Source: Gemmatimonadota bacterium
GTDB taxonomy: Bacteria; Gemmatimonadota; Gemmatimonadetes; Gemmatimonadales; Gemmatimonadaceae
DNA length: 64,000 nucleotides
Direction of reading: 5' to 3'
NCBI GenBank assembly: GCA_003155795.1
Contig: PMEM01000043.1
Location: forward strand, 31,925 to 95,924
The first letter of the stretch is position 1; every line of letters starts with the position of its first letter. A model generated the notes under the pieces. That model saw nothing but the letters and a program-made list of their open reading frames with translations, did no database searches and was not told where the DNA came from. The translations under genes and the position numbers were made by a program. Shown here one piece after another: positions 10,585 through 20,538 of this stretch.

Positions 10585-11976
10585 GTGTTGACCGGACACG
10601 AATTGGCGATCAGCCGAGCGCGCCCGTTGCCACGCGTCTACGACGCGGCGGATGGGATACTCGGCGCCGCGCGCGCGGTTCGGTCCATTCCGACGAATGG
10701 AATTCACGCGCTCGACGGAATCCAGACTGAGGATGTAATCGATGCAGTCAGATCGAGGTTGCTTTCGCCTGGCGAGACAGACGCACTTGCTGCTCCTGAT
10801 GTTCTTCATGATCCAGTCCGATCATCCCATGTGGTGCTCGTCGCGAGAAGCATTTATCAAGATGGGATCGCGCGCGAAGTAGAGCGGGATCCAGGGATCA
10901 ACGAAGTGCCAGCGAATTCCGCCGGCGTGCGCGCTCTGGTGATGACTCTCGGAGCGGAAGCACTTCAAGCTGCCGTTCAACGCGACGGCGTGCTCCGGCA
11001 CGCGTGTCTCTGGTACGGTTCATCCGCTCGGTGCCGAGTTGCTGTGAGCGTAGCGATCGACGCGGGCGCAGCACTCGATATGCATGATGTCTCCTCACTC
11101 GCCCGGGATGCGGTCACTCAGCTCGCAATTGAGCCAGATGCGCCTGTCGCTGCTGGTGCGGTTATCGTGAGTGCATTACGAGTCCGGGAGTCCGTAAGCT
11201 CGGTGACGAAAGCCGTCGCTGAGTACAGCGAGGGTCAAGGATCGGATCGATCGCTCCCGCAAGCATTGGAGGGAATGTTGCTCGGGGCCCTCCGCCATCG
11301 GACGGCGTGGCAGACGACCGGGAGTGGTACTGCAAGCCAGGCATACAGCCGTGCGGCTTTTGACCTTGCGAGACGGAATGCCCTTACGGCGACGTCCGAT
11401 CTCACCGTTCTCGAGCGCGCAGTGCATTCCGATGTCGCACCCCTTGATGCGGAGGGGCACGCGTTGACAATCGAAGCGGCGATACGCGTCCAAAGGGAAC
11501 TTCTCAAGGGCGACCATCTTTCCGGAAAGTCCCTGCAGGCAGAAATTGTACTTCTCTCACTTGCCCGTGAGAACATTGAAGGTTCCGTTACATCATTCAC
11601 GCCAGCCTATCGTGACGCGGTGGCCCGGTTGTCATCTGACACTCTCGCGGCCGCAACGCGTTTACAGAGCGTAGAAGGCGGCGAGGTGCTTGCTCAAGCC
11701 GGCGCCGCGTTTGTTGTCGCAGTTGCAGCCGTGCACCCACTGTTGAAAGTCCCAACAACCCAGCAGATGTGGGACAATGTCTTGCAAGGATCGGCGATTG
11801 CCGCAGCAGCACGTTCCACACAGCGGGTTGCGGATGCGGGCGAGTTACAGCATCCGCCTGAAAACTTGATTGCAGCGGCGGAGTCAGGTGATCTGCAGCC
11901 CCCGTCCGAACAGCAGGCGCTCCGGGCTTCCGATCACACCGAGAATCACCCTACGACCGCGAGCTACAGTGTGTAG
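10585..11976 (+). CDS. hypothetical Ala-rich protein
   Basis: 463-aa ORF with no recognised motif. Start uncertain. Confidence 0.35.
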   Translation: MLTGHELAISRARPLPRVYDAADGILGAARAVRSIPTNGIHALDGIQTEDVIDAVRSRLLSPGETDALAAPDVLHDPVRSSHVVLVARSIYQDGIAREVERDPGINEVPANSAGVRALVMTLGAEALQAAVQRDGVLRHACLWYGSSARCRVAVSVAIDAGAALDMHDVSSLARDAVTQLAIEPDAPVAAGAVIVSALRVRESVSSVTKAVAEYSEGQGSDRSLPQALEGMLLGALRHRTAWQTTGSGTASQAYSRAAFDLARRNALTATSDLTVLERAVHSDVAPLDAEGHALTIEAAIRVQRELLKGDHLSGKSLQAEIVLLSLARENIEGSVTSFTPAYRDAVARLSSDTLAAATRLQSVEGGEVLAQAGAAFVVAVAAVHPLLKVPTTQQMWDNVLQGSAIAAAARSTQRVADAGELQHPPENLIAAAESGDLQPPSEQQALRASDHTENHPTTASYSV

Positions 11977-12020
11977 CGATCTCGGTCGGCCGAGAGGATT
12001 CTTGTGATGCTACGGCGTGG

Positions 12021-12254
12021 GTGCATATTCCCTGTATGTCACCGCGCCGCCTACTCTTCAAAGCCTCCGTTACGGTTCTCGGTAAGTCGATGTACGGTGC
12101 CGCTGAAGAACTGGGCGTGACCTACAACCACCTGGTCCTGGTACTCGATGGCGATCGGATCGGGAGTGAGCGATTGGAGGCGGGGATCAACAAGCTTCTT
12201 GTCTCGGCACAGGCAACACTTACCCCGGCGCCGGCTCGTCGATCGGCCCGCTGA
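12021..12254 (+). CDS. small putative helix-turn-helix DNA-binding protein
   Basis: 77 aa. KSMYGAAEELGVTYNHLVLVLDG resembles a Cro/YdaS-type HTH. Confidence 0.35.
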   Translation: MHIPCMSPRRLLFKASVTVLGKSMYGAAEELGVTYNHLVLVLDGDRIGSERLEAGINKLLVSAQATLTPAPARRSAR

Positions 12255-12539
12255 TGATCTGTGATCGCGTTGGGAGCGATCGTATCGAAACGCCGCCGGG
12301 CAGATTACGCATGGTTTCAGCTACTCGAACCTTTTCTCAGGGCCTCTCCATACGTCACTCTGTATCGAGAGGTTGATGATGCCCTGTTCCTGGTGCTAAA
12401 CGAATGCGAGTGGCAGGACTGTACGAAGTAGGCAGGGCATTAAGTGGTTAGCGACGGTTCAGTTGGCAGGTTGGGGAGCTACCGCGGGTGCATCAGGTGG
12501 TACGTGAAGTATCACCTGAAATCATCCAGTGAGGTTCCC

Positions 12540-13334
12540 ATGCGTACAGTTGCAACGTCCCAACCTACAATACCCGTTACTCACCAATCAGACCCAACGA
12601 AGCCGGTTGAGTACATCAGCTACGACGGACTCACCGCGATCGTGTCTGGCGAAGTCATGAGCGACGATGGTCGCTACATCGCCCTTGAGGTTGTGGGAGC
12701 CGAGGTGTCAGTTAAGGCAATTGCCGCGGCCCTCGTCATCGGGAAGCGCGTTGATGGATCCGAGAAGATTGTCGAGAAGGATACCGAGCGGATCAAGTTG
12801 GTTGATCGACCATTCCGGATGCTGACCGTACCGCTAACGGGCGGTGTAGTGAGTCTCGTGCTTCTCTCGGCCGATGCGGTTATCACCATGCCGCATGAAC
12901 AGGCACAGCAAACGAAGAAGCGTAAGAAGCGTCTGTCGGCCACCTACGACGACCGGAAGGCCCGCGCCGAGCGTGAACGTGACGATGGAAGCGAGTTGGG
13001 AACCGCTCGTGGCGACGACGAGGACAGGAAGGAGCTGCATTTCGTTACGTTGCCGCACTCTCCCGAGATTGATGGTGTGCCGGGAGGCTTGGCGGATGCC
13101 CTTGCGAGTGTGTTCCGACTTCCATTCCGCCGAGAATGGCTCCCCGATCTTGTGAAGCGAGGCACAGCGGCTGGACTGATTGTGCCATTCACAAGCAGCG
13201 GTACGCTGTCGGGGATGAAGCTCAACCTCATTCCGACCGCATGGGAAGACGTGTACCGTGATGCAGTGTCAGCGGCCCATCGCGCGAAGCGGCGAGAGGC
13301 AGGGCGGGTAGCAAAGGAACAGATCGCCGCATAG
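12540..13334 (+). CDS. hypothetical protein
   Basis: ORF 12444..13334. The ATG at 12540 is preceded by a GTGAGG SD-like sequence. Basic KKRKKR patch. No recognised domain. Confidence 0.4.
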   Translation: MRTVATSQPTIPVTHQSDPTKPVEYISYDGLTAIVSGEVMSDDGRYIALEVVGAEVSVKAIAAALVIGKRVDGSEKIVEKDTERIKLVDRPFRMLTVPLTGGVVSLVLLSADAVITMPHEQAQQTKKRKKRLSATYDDRKARAERERDDGSELGTARGDDEDRKELHFVTLPHSPEIDGVPGGLADALASVFRLPFRREWLPDLVKRGTAAGLIVPFTSSGTLSGMKLNLIPTAWEDVYRDAVSAAHRAKRREAGRVAKEQIAA

Positions 13335-13479
13335 ACAATCGCAACACGTAAGCGCGAATCATCGCGTCGGGGTGTCCACTGGACGCTCCGGCGCGTTTTG
13401 CTTTCGTGCCCCATGTGTCGTCGCGTGAGCGCACCACTCTCCATCTGATAACGCCTCAATCTCATTTGGAGTTTTCACC

Positions 13480-16400
13480 ATGGCCCGACTTGGAGCAGAC
13501 GCAAAAGCGCAGTACTACCCGACGCCTCTTTCGATCATCGAGACGGCGGCGAATATGATCCATGCCCCGAAGGGCGCGACGATCTATGATCCGTGCGCTG
13601 GAACCGGCGCAGCCGTGGCGTTGCTCGCTCGGCTCACTGGCATGACAGCCTACGGGAACGAGCTCGATGCAGAACGCGCAGGGTCAGCTCGAGCCGTGTT
13701 GGCCGAATGCACGGTTGGCCCATACGAGACTGTGACGCGCACGCAGGGCGACCGATTCTCGGCGGTGTTCTTCAACCCTCCATACTCGGATGCAGTAGGC
13801 AATCGTGGGCGTCTCGAAACCCTGGCGCTTCCTCACGCGCTACGGGATCTGGCAACGCATGGCCTGCTATTCGGCGTCCTCCCGATCGACACTGTACGCG
13901 ATTACACGTTCATGACTCGGCTGTGCGCGACTTGCGACGTGGTTTCGGTTGCTCGTTTCCCTGGTGATCTCTACGACTCTTTCAAGCAGGTGGTGGTCCT
14001 TGCCGTGAAACGTGCGAAAGGCACGACCGGCGAGAATGTGTACGTCTTGATGCAGCGGCTTGGACTCACTCCCCAAGCGCCTGTCCGCCATGGGTATTCC
14101 AAGCCTGTTCCACACGCGCTTGATGAATTCACGGTCGAGTATGTCTGCTCCCGCGCAGTGATCGAGGTTCCGGGAAGCCGTGCGCCCGTATCGCTAATCA
14201 ATCCGGCGTCCAATCCAATGGCGCTGCTCACCGATGCGGTTGCGAAGGGCGCAACAGCTACGCCGACGTTCCGGATGCTCACACGTGGCCGCACGTCTGA
14301 ACAGGGTAGGGCGCAAGCCGAGTTTCGCCCGTTGATGCCTCTCAAGCGCGGCCATGCGAGCATGTTACTCGCCGCCGGATTTCTGGACGGTGCGGAGGTC
14401 ACGTGGGAAGGCCGGGACTACGTTGTGCGCGGTTACTCGCGGAAATACCTCACCCGTAGGTCTGAAATTGTGGGTGAGAAGGAAGAAACCGAGAAGGTGT
14501 TCACTCGTGAGAACTTCGCTACAGTGATCGTTCTGGTCGACGCCGTGAACGGTGCGATCACCGAGCTGTCCCCGGATACCGACAAAGAGCGCTACCAGGC
14601 GTTTCTGCTCGATCAGGCTGATGCACTCACCAGCGTAGTTCAGAAGCGCTACCCGGCTCGCTACAATCCAGATTCCCCCGACTTCGCTGACCCTGTGATT
14701 GATGCCGTGCTTGCACGTGTAAAAGCACCAGGGAAACTCGCCGGGCGCGATACGGGCGGCCTGTTGGCGAAGCAGGCCGAGGTTGTTCGTGCAGGAGCGC
14801 GCTCATTGCGCGACGGTGAAAAGACCATCTGGTTTAACGCGCGCATGGGAACAGGAAAGACGCTGCTACTTCCAATCGCGTGGGCCGCATCGGAAGGCAA
14901 GCGGATGGACATTCGTGGATCGAATTCGCCAAAGGCTGTCGTACTTTGCCCGGCGCACCTTACACGGAAATGGGCGCGTCACATTGACGTGATGCTCTCC
15001 GATTTCGGAGCACGCGCGATTGTATGTAAGAAGCCGTCGGACGTTGATGCGGTGTTCAACATGAACAGGCCCGGTGTGGCGGTACTATCGTTCGAGCGGT
15101 CGAAGATGGGTAACGAATGGACGCATGCGGCGAATTGTCGGACCGTTCGCGGCGAGGTTTCGCGTGTCGCCGACAACGGCAAGATCGTTTGCGAGTCCAC
15201 CAACGTTCGTGTCTGTGCATGTCCCAAGTGCGGTACCATCCAACACGAAATTATCCGTGACGAGGAAGGCGACGCCGAGGATATGATGGGCGCCCCGTAC
15301 ACTTGGAGCGATCGCGACGGCCAGCGAGTGCCAGATTTCGGAAACCGTAGAAATCGGTGTGAGAACGAAGCGTGCGGCGAACCGCTTTGGCAGGTGGTCC
15401 CGTTTAAGGGCGGCCGAAACGGGCGCCATGCGCTTCCAAAGCCGGGAGAGTCGCGGTTCAACGGGGGCCTTGCCTACGGCGGAGGTCGCGCGGCGCTCGC
15501 CCAGTATATCTCTTCGCACTACGCAGGTCGTTACTCGGTCATTGGTGACGAGGTACACAAGCTTACCGCATCGGATACTGACCGTGGTTACGCGCTTATG
15601 GACCTTTGCGCCGGTGCAAAAAAGCGAATCATGGGATCCGGGTCATGGTTCAACGGAAAGGCGAGTGCGATTTTCGGTGTGTCGCTCCGAACGCTTCCGA
15701 CCTTTGTTGAGCGCGGTTTCAAGTACGGCGACGAGGCGTCATTCGTGCGCGCATACGGCCTCATTGAACAGGTTGAATACCGTTCCGCTAGCGCAACAGG
15801 CTCGACCAGCTCACTTGGTTACTCACGTCGCGAGGATGGCGTAAGGAGTAAGGAAATCGCCGGATGCCAGCCCGACTTGATGGCTCTCATTCTCCCAAAC
15901 TGCCTTTTCTTGGAGTTAGCGGATTTGGGTGAAGCGCTCCCACCTTACAACGAATACAGCGTCCACGTCGATCTACCGGAGGACGAGGAAATTAAGGTTG
16001 CGTTCCAGTCGATTGCTACGTTTCTCGAACAGGGACGCAAGGAGGCAAGGAAGGGCGATCCAACAGCGTTGAGCAGTGGAATTCAGCTCGCACTTGGTTT
16101 TCCGTATCGGATGGAAGGTGCGGAAGAAATCATCCATCGTCGCCGTGACAATGCGGTAATCTTTTCGATGGAAGGGCGCACAATGCCAGCGGGCGGTTGG
16201 CCGTTGGATCAATTGCTCGTGCGATATTGCCGCGCAGAGCGCGCGCGTGGACGCAAAGTGTTGGTTTATCTCGGTCAGATGGTACGCCGTGACGCGAGTG
16301 GTCGCCTGATTCACCTACTCACACAAGCCGGCCTACGCGTAGGCGTGTTGCGTCCGAACGTCGCCGCCGAGGGCCGCGAAGCGTGGCTTGCGGCGATTGA

Positions 16401-16977
16401 ACCAACCATCGACGTACTGTTTACGTCGGCGCCGTTGGTTGAAACTGGACTTGACCTCTACGCGTTCCCATCGATTGTGAATTTTGGGACAGAGCGTAGC
16501 ATTTTCACCTTGCAGCAGTCGTCGCGCCGTTCGTGGAGGTTGGGCCAGACGGAGCCGGTTGAGGTTTCGTTCTGGACGTATCGCGGAACGCTCTCCCACG
16601 ATGCGTTGCCAACCATCGCGCGCGGGCTTGCAGCAGCCGCGCGGTTCAACGGCAACACGGCGGAAGGCTTGGCGGCGACGTCGGAGGAAGGCGACGTTGA
16701 TTTGGTATCCGCGTTGATGCGCCAAGTTTTGACCGGCACCATCGAGCGTGGTACGCCGTTTCCGACCCTCACAATCCCGAGCGACGAGGAAGTAGCCGAA
16801 ATGGAGAAAGTGTCGGGGGTGATGATCCGTCCCGCGCCACACGCTCCGGCTCTCCCATCCGAAGTTGACGAGGCCACGGATGCAGTAGTCGCGGAGCCCG
16901 CAGCCATGGGTGGGGATGATTGGAAAGGTCGGAAAGTGGCGCAGATGTCACTATTCGATGCGCTGCTTGCGGCATAA
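13480..16977 (+). CDS. N6-adenine DNA methyltransferase fused to SNF2/DEAD-like helicase
   Basis: 1165 aa. Methyltransferase motif I IYDPCAGTGA and motif IV FFNPPYSD. Walker A ARMGTGKT, DEVH box VIGDEVHKL, Cys4 insert CACPKCG...CENEACG. C-terminal helicase motif QQSSRRSWRLGQ. Confidence 0.85.
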   Translation: MARLGADAKAQYYPTPLSIIETAANMIHAPKGATIYDPCAGTGAAVALLARLTGMTAYGNELDAERAGSARAVLAECTVGPYETVTRTQGDRFSAVFFNPPYSDAVGNRGRLETLALPHALRDLATHGLLFGVLPIDTVRDYTFMTRLCATCDVVSVARFPGDLYDSFKQVVVLAVKRAKGTTGENVYVLMQRLGLTPQAPVRHGYSKPVPHALDEFTVEYVCSRAVIEVPGSRAPVSLINPASNPMALLTDAVAKGATATPTFRMLTRGRTSEQGRAQAEFRPLMPLKRGHASMLLAAGFLDGAEVTWEGRDYVVRGYSRKYLTRRSEIVGEKEETEKVFTRENFATVIVLVDAVNGAITELSPDTDKERYQAFLLDQADALTSVVQKRYPARYNPDSPDFADPVIDAVLARVKAPGKLAGRDTGGLLAKQAEVVRAGARSLRDGEKTIWFNARMGTGKTLLLPIAWAASEGKRMDIRGSNSPKAVVLCPAHLTRKWARHIDVMLSDFGARAIVCKKPSDVDAVFNMNRPGVAVLSFERSKMGNEWTHAANCRTVRGEVSRVADNGKIVCESTNVRVCACPKCGTIQHEIIRDEEGDAEDMMGAPYTWSDRDGQRVPDFGNRRNRCENEACGEPLWQVVPFKGGRNGRHALPKPGESRFNGGLAYGGGRAALAQYISSHYAGRYSVIGDEVHKLTASDTDRGYALMDLCAGAKKRIMGSGSWFNGKASAIFGVSLRTLPTFVERGFKYGDEASFVRAYGLIEQVEYRSASATGSTSSLGYSRREDGVRSKEIAGCQPDLMALILPNCLFLELADLGEALPPYNEYSVHVDLPEDEEIKVAFQSIATFLEQGRKEARKGDPTALSSGIQLALGFPYRMEGAEEIIHRRRDNAVIFSMEGRTMPAGGWPLDQLLVRYCRAERARGRKVLVYLGQMVRRDASGRLIHLLTQAGLRVGVLRPNVAAEGREAWLAAIEPTIDVLFTSAPLVETGLDLYAFPSIVNFGTERSIFTLQQSSRRSWRLGQTEPVEVSFWTYRGTLSHDALPTIARGLAAAARFNGNTAEGLAATSEEGDVDLVSALMRQVLTGTIERGTPFPTLTIPSDEEVAEMEKVSGVMIRPAPHAPALPSEVDEATDAVVAEPAAMGGDDWKGRKVAQMSLFDALLAA

Positions 16978-17663
16978 TTTACCTGTAATGGGCGACGGCA
17001 TAACCGCAGTGCCGTCGTCATGCGCAGGCGCATGTCCTTGAAGGCGAATGGGCTTGATATGTGTTTCAAATCATTGCATCTATGAAAGCGACTGGATCCC
17101 GCGTGGCTCTCGAGACAGGGCGCAAAGGCTACACCCTTGGGGAAGGCAGAAGCTGATTGTCCCGCGTTTCGCGCGCGATTGGATGACGTCTGTAACCCGG
17201 AGTATATCGCGCACTGGCTTTAAGCGCTCCGCGACGATAACCGTGCGGTATTCCGTGCAGTCCGTGAGGCTCGGCAGGCGGTTGCCTATCTCTACGATCT
17301 GACAGAAACAGATACCGGTATAGTCCACCCCGACACATCGGCAAGTCAAACTACTTCTCAGTCTGTGGAGGGCGCACGATTATACAAACGACAACAATCA
17401 GTGCGGCGCCTTCGTATCGCGCCCCCAAAAGCCGGCGCCGATGTGCGCCGTGGAGCCAGAGCTGCCGGTGCGGCTGATACTCGCGCGGAGCGGGACAGTT
17501 AACTCACGATTGAGCGCGCACTCGAGGAGGCCGGCTGTTCGACTATGCGCGGCCGGAAATGGGAGCCGGCAACCGCGCAAACAAATTGGACGTATGCTTT
17601 ACACGTCATGAAAAACGCACCCGTGAAAGACGACCTATCGCCATACACAAATCGAGGGAGCAT

Positions 17664-18296
17664 ATGAAGCGGATCGGACTCGCGGTACTGGCACTAACGG
17701 TGTGCAACACCCTTGCGCAGGCGCAGGAAGGTCAGCACACTGCTACAGGATCAGTGTCCGGAAGCGTCTATCTAGTGATGCAGAACGGCGACACTAAGCG
17801 GGGGGCAGGCGTCACCGTCTATCTCTTGCGCGATACGAAAGACTTGGAACGTTGGCGTGATACCCTTTGCCCTCAACGGGCGCTTGGCAGCATCAAGCTT
17901 CAATTGAGCCACCTCTCTACAATGGTCTCCAGATATAAGGCGATGGAAGCCAATTCACGCACAAAAACGGATCTATACGCAAAGGAACAAGCTGCGAGTG
18001 AAGCACAGGCCGATTCGTTTAGTCAAGAGACGATCCGCCAAAGGAGAGAGAATCTTGCCGCAGCCATAGTAGATACGGTCGGCACAGGAATGGAGGCGCG
18101 CTACCAATTCGCAAACGTGATACCTGGGCAATATGTGCTCTTTGCTGAGTGGGCAATCGCAGACAAGCCCTACGCATGGTGGGCGCCGGTCGAAGTACTT
18201 CCGGGTCAATCTGTAAAACATGACTTGGATAATTCAACTGAGAAAGGTGGCGCGCTGTATTGCGGAGCGCCGCCCAAGTTCCCGCAGGAACCGTGA
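17664..18296 (+). CDS. secreted protein with carboxypeptidase-regulatory-like beta-sandwich
   Basis: ATG preceded by GAGGGA. Signal peptide MKRIGLAVLALTVCNTLAQAQ. GSVSGSVYLV...GAGVTVYLL pattern. Confidence 0.5.
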   Translation: MKRIGLAVLALTVCNTLAQAQEGQHTATGSVSGSVYLVMQNGDTKRGAGVTVYLLRDTKDLERWRDTLCPQRALGSIKLQLSHLSTMVSRYKAMEANSRTKTDLYAKEQAASEAQADSFSQETIRQRRENLAAAIVDTVGTGMEARYQFANVIPGQYVLFAEWAIADKPYAWWAPVEVLPGQSVKHDLDNSTEKGGALYCGAPPKFPQEP

Positions 18297-18698
18297 CGAC
18301 GTGGGAACTGGTGAACGCGCTACCGGCTGAGAACGTCGCCGGCGTGCTGCACATGGTGCGCGCCGAGCACGGCGGCACGTGGAAGTGTCCGGCGTGCGGG
18401 GGCCTCGCAGCTCCGGCCGTTCAACCCGAACGCTGGCGGGCAGGGTTTCGTGTACTGGAGCGGCTGCGGTGAAAAGTCTTTCACGTCGTTGAGTGGGCTC
18501 CATCGGTCTGGCGTGCCGACAGGAGACGCGCTGTGCGAGCCGTCGCGCCGGCCGCGCGAGATTGAGGATTTGCGGCGTACGATCACGCGGCCCCAGTTCC
18601 GTCATGGCAACGAAGATCAAGGAGGCGGCTCGCGAGGCCTTCTTGGGCCGGGAAGGGCGGGAGCGGTAGGGGGATTCGCATCAACCATGTGTCGGTGA
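18293..18698 (+). pseudogene. possible frameshifted primase-type zinc-ribbon gene
   Basis: The GTG at 18293 overlaps the upstream TGA. Frame 1 reads ...WKCPACGG. After the G5 run at 18398-18402, the next frame reads ...FNPNAGGQGFVYWSGCGEKS. Together these resemble a Prim_Zn_Ribbon motif. Confidence 0.3.
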
Positions 18699-18789
18699 CC
18701 GTGCACATCCCCGGCATCCCGGCCGTAGACTTACAAGACGAAAGAGGTGCGCGCGTCGCTATCACTTCGGTCTGTTTCCGCGGAGCCAT

Positions 18790-19629
18790 ATGGAATCCAC
18801 AATATCAGCGCAAGAAGCTGAGAGCGAAAGAAACGAACGTATCTTCCAGAGCCTTCCAAAGCTCGGGTCCGATGCTTATATGGACCTGCTCAAACACGGG
18901 AGTGCGTCCGACCTGCCTGCGCCAGTGCTGGTTCGCGCGTATAGACAGCTCGGTACAGGCCGCGCGGCCGAGGCAACACTGGGCCGTCTGCTTACAAATG
19001 ACGCCACCTATGGCTACCTGCGGCCGCTTCGAAAGATGGCGCGGCGAAAAGTCTCGAGCCGTGACTGGTTCAGCGCTGAGGACCTGGTAGACCAGTCAAT
19101 CAGTGTGATCTCGGAGGCACTCGCTGGGCCGCGCGGTGACGGCGCATGCGAGCATTGGATCAGCTTCCTGAAGCAGCGTATGGAGGATGCATATCGTTTG
19201 TTCAACGGTCGCCGCCGTGGCCGGCAGGATCCGCCTCGGGCGGATCCGCGCCAAGATCCGGAGTCGGGACTATGGTCGGACCCAGCGGATGACCCAGGCG
19301 CACTTCACGCTTCCTGGCACGGTCGTGTGGACTCGGGACATGAGGAGTGGCTGGAGGCGTTCATCACGCGCACGCTCGCCACGATCACCGACACACGCAT
19401 CCGCGAGGTTGCCCAGGATCTCTTTAGTGCCGCGCCTTCGCCAATCTCATCACAGGCTGGCATCGAAGAGGGCGGGAAGATACCTCTAACTGAGCGATAC
19501 GGGGTCGACCGTTACAAGATCTACAGGTGGCGCCGAATTGCGCGGGCAAAACTCTTGGCAGCGCTCCGCAATCAGAATGAACGTGAAGTTGACCTAAGCT
19601 GGCTGCAAGACTCAGCCGACGACGAATGA
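18790..19629 (+). CDS. sigma-70/ECF-like regulatory protein (putative)
   Basis: Region-2-like SAEDLVDQSISV and region-4-like LTERYGVDRYKIYRWRRIARAKLLAAL. Confidence 0.4.
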   Translation: MESTISAQEAESERNERIFQSLPKLGSDAYMDLLKHGSASDLPAPVLVRAYRQLGTGRAAEATLGRLLTNDATYGYLRPLRKMARRKVSSRDWFSAEDLVDQSISVISEALAGPRGDGACEHWISFLKQRMEDAYRLFNGRRRGRQDPPRADPRQDPESGLWSDPADDPGALHASWHGRVDSGHEEWLEAFITRTLATITDTRIREVAQDLFSAAPSPISSQAGIEEGGKIPLTERYGVDRYKIYRWRRIARAKLLAALRNQNEREVDLSWLQDSADDE

Positions 19630-19704
19630 CAGCAGCGATCGCTGTGCAAGCCCGACGAACGACAGCGCAACGGATCGTAGAGAAACGGGCAAGATCACTG
19701 AGAC

Positions 19705-20454
19705 ATGATAACTATGGAGTCTAAGATGCCGAACACCACCCCCGCGACCGACCTCATCCAGCAACTGGTTGTACGACTAGAGCATGCATGGAACACGAGC
19801 CATGACGACAGGCTTGTCGATCGCTTGGCTGCCGAGCACCCATCGTTCGCTGAGGAACTGTACGACTTCTTTGCTGACCTCGTAGAAGCGGAGTTGGAGA
19901 GAGATCATCCGTGTCCCGAACTTGAGGCCGCTGACGAGCGTACGCGGCAATGGTTGGAGCGCGAGGGTTACAGGAATGTGGCCGAGGCGCGCCGCTTGGA
20001 TGCAATAGGGCGAACGCCGACGCTTGGCTCCGCAGGATTGTCCTCTGGTCTATCCCCAGCCACACAGTCTGTTGCCTGGCCCGCGAATATCGCGAACGAT
20101 CGGGAGCTTGGCGCGCCTCGGCCATTCTTAGGCCTGCTGAAAGAGGCAACTAGCAAACCCACGGCTGCGCTCGCGGTCGCGCTGGAACTGACAGCGGGAT
20201 TTCTCGTCGATATCTCCGACAATGCCGACCTACTGCCTGACGCTGCGCGGGCGGAACTTGCCCATCGTGCGGAGAAAGCGTGGGGACTAGATCGGCGTCG
20301 TAGTTTAGCAGCACTGGCGACGGTAGACCACCAGTTTCAAAAGGCCGCTTCACGGGAGGGGCCGTACGAAGGTCACCGGGTGACGTACGCCGAGGTTGTT
20401 GCTCGATCCGGTATGAACTCGCAGCAAAAGCGGTACTGGCTTCTCTTAGCTTGA
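19705..20454 (+). CDS. hypothetical protein, possible XRE/ImmR-like HTH partner of the downstream peptidase
   Basis: 249 aa. LLKEATSKPTAALAVALELTAGFLVDI resembles an HTH. Lies immediately upstream of an ImmA/IrrE-domain gene. Confidence 0.35.
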   Translation: MITMESKMPNTTPATDLIQQLVVRLEHAWNTSHDDRLVDRLAAEHPSFAEELYDFFADLVEAELERDHPCPELEAADERTRQWLEREGYRNVAEARRLDAIGRTPTLGSAGLSSGLSPATQSVAWPANIANDRELGAPRPFLGLLKEATSKPTAALAVALELTAGFLVDISDNADLLPDAARAELAHRAEKAWGLDRRRSLAALATVDHQFQKAASREGPYEGHRVTYAEVVARSGMNSQQKRYWLLLA

Positions 20455-20538
20455 CGATTCGTCGATCGTCTACGAAGAATAGGCGAGCTGAGCATGTAAC
20501 CCATCGTTGTACGTCACCTCCGACTCTTCACCTCTTTC

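Noticed and set aside
1460-17069. Long antisense or overlapping ORFs inside well-supported genes (for example 1460..1939 -, 6840..7394 -, 8662..9231 -, 10261..10809 -, 13971..14402 -, 14979..15461 -, 16458..17069 -)
   Set aside because: These are Arg/Ala/Pro-rich, low-complexity translations with no motifs, fully nested in longer co-directional genes. I treated them as GC-driven spurious ORFs.
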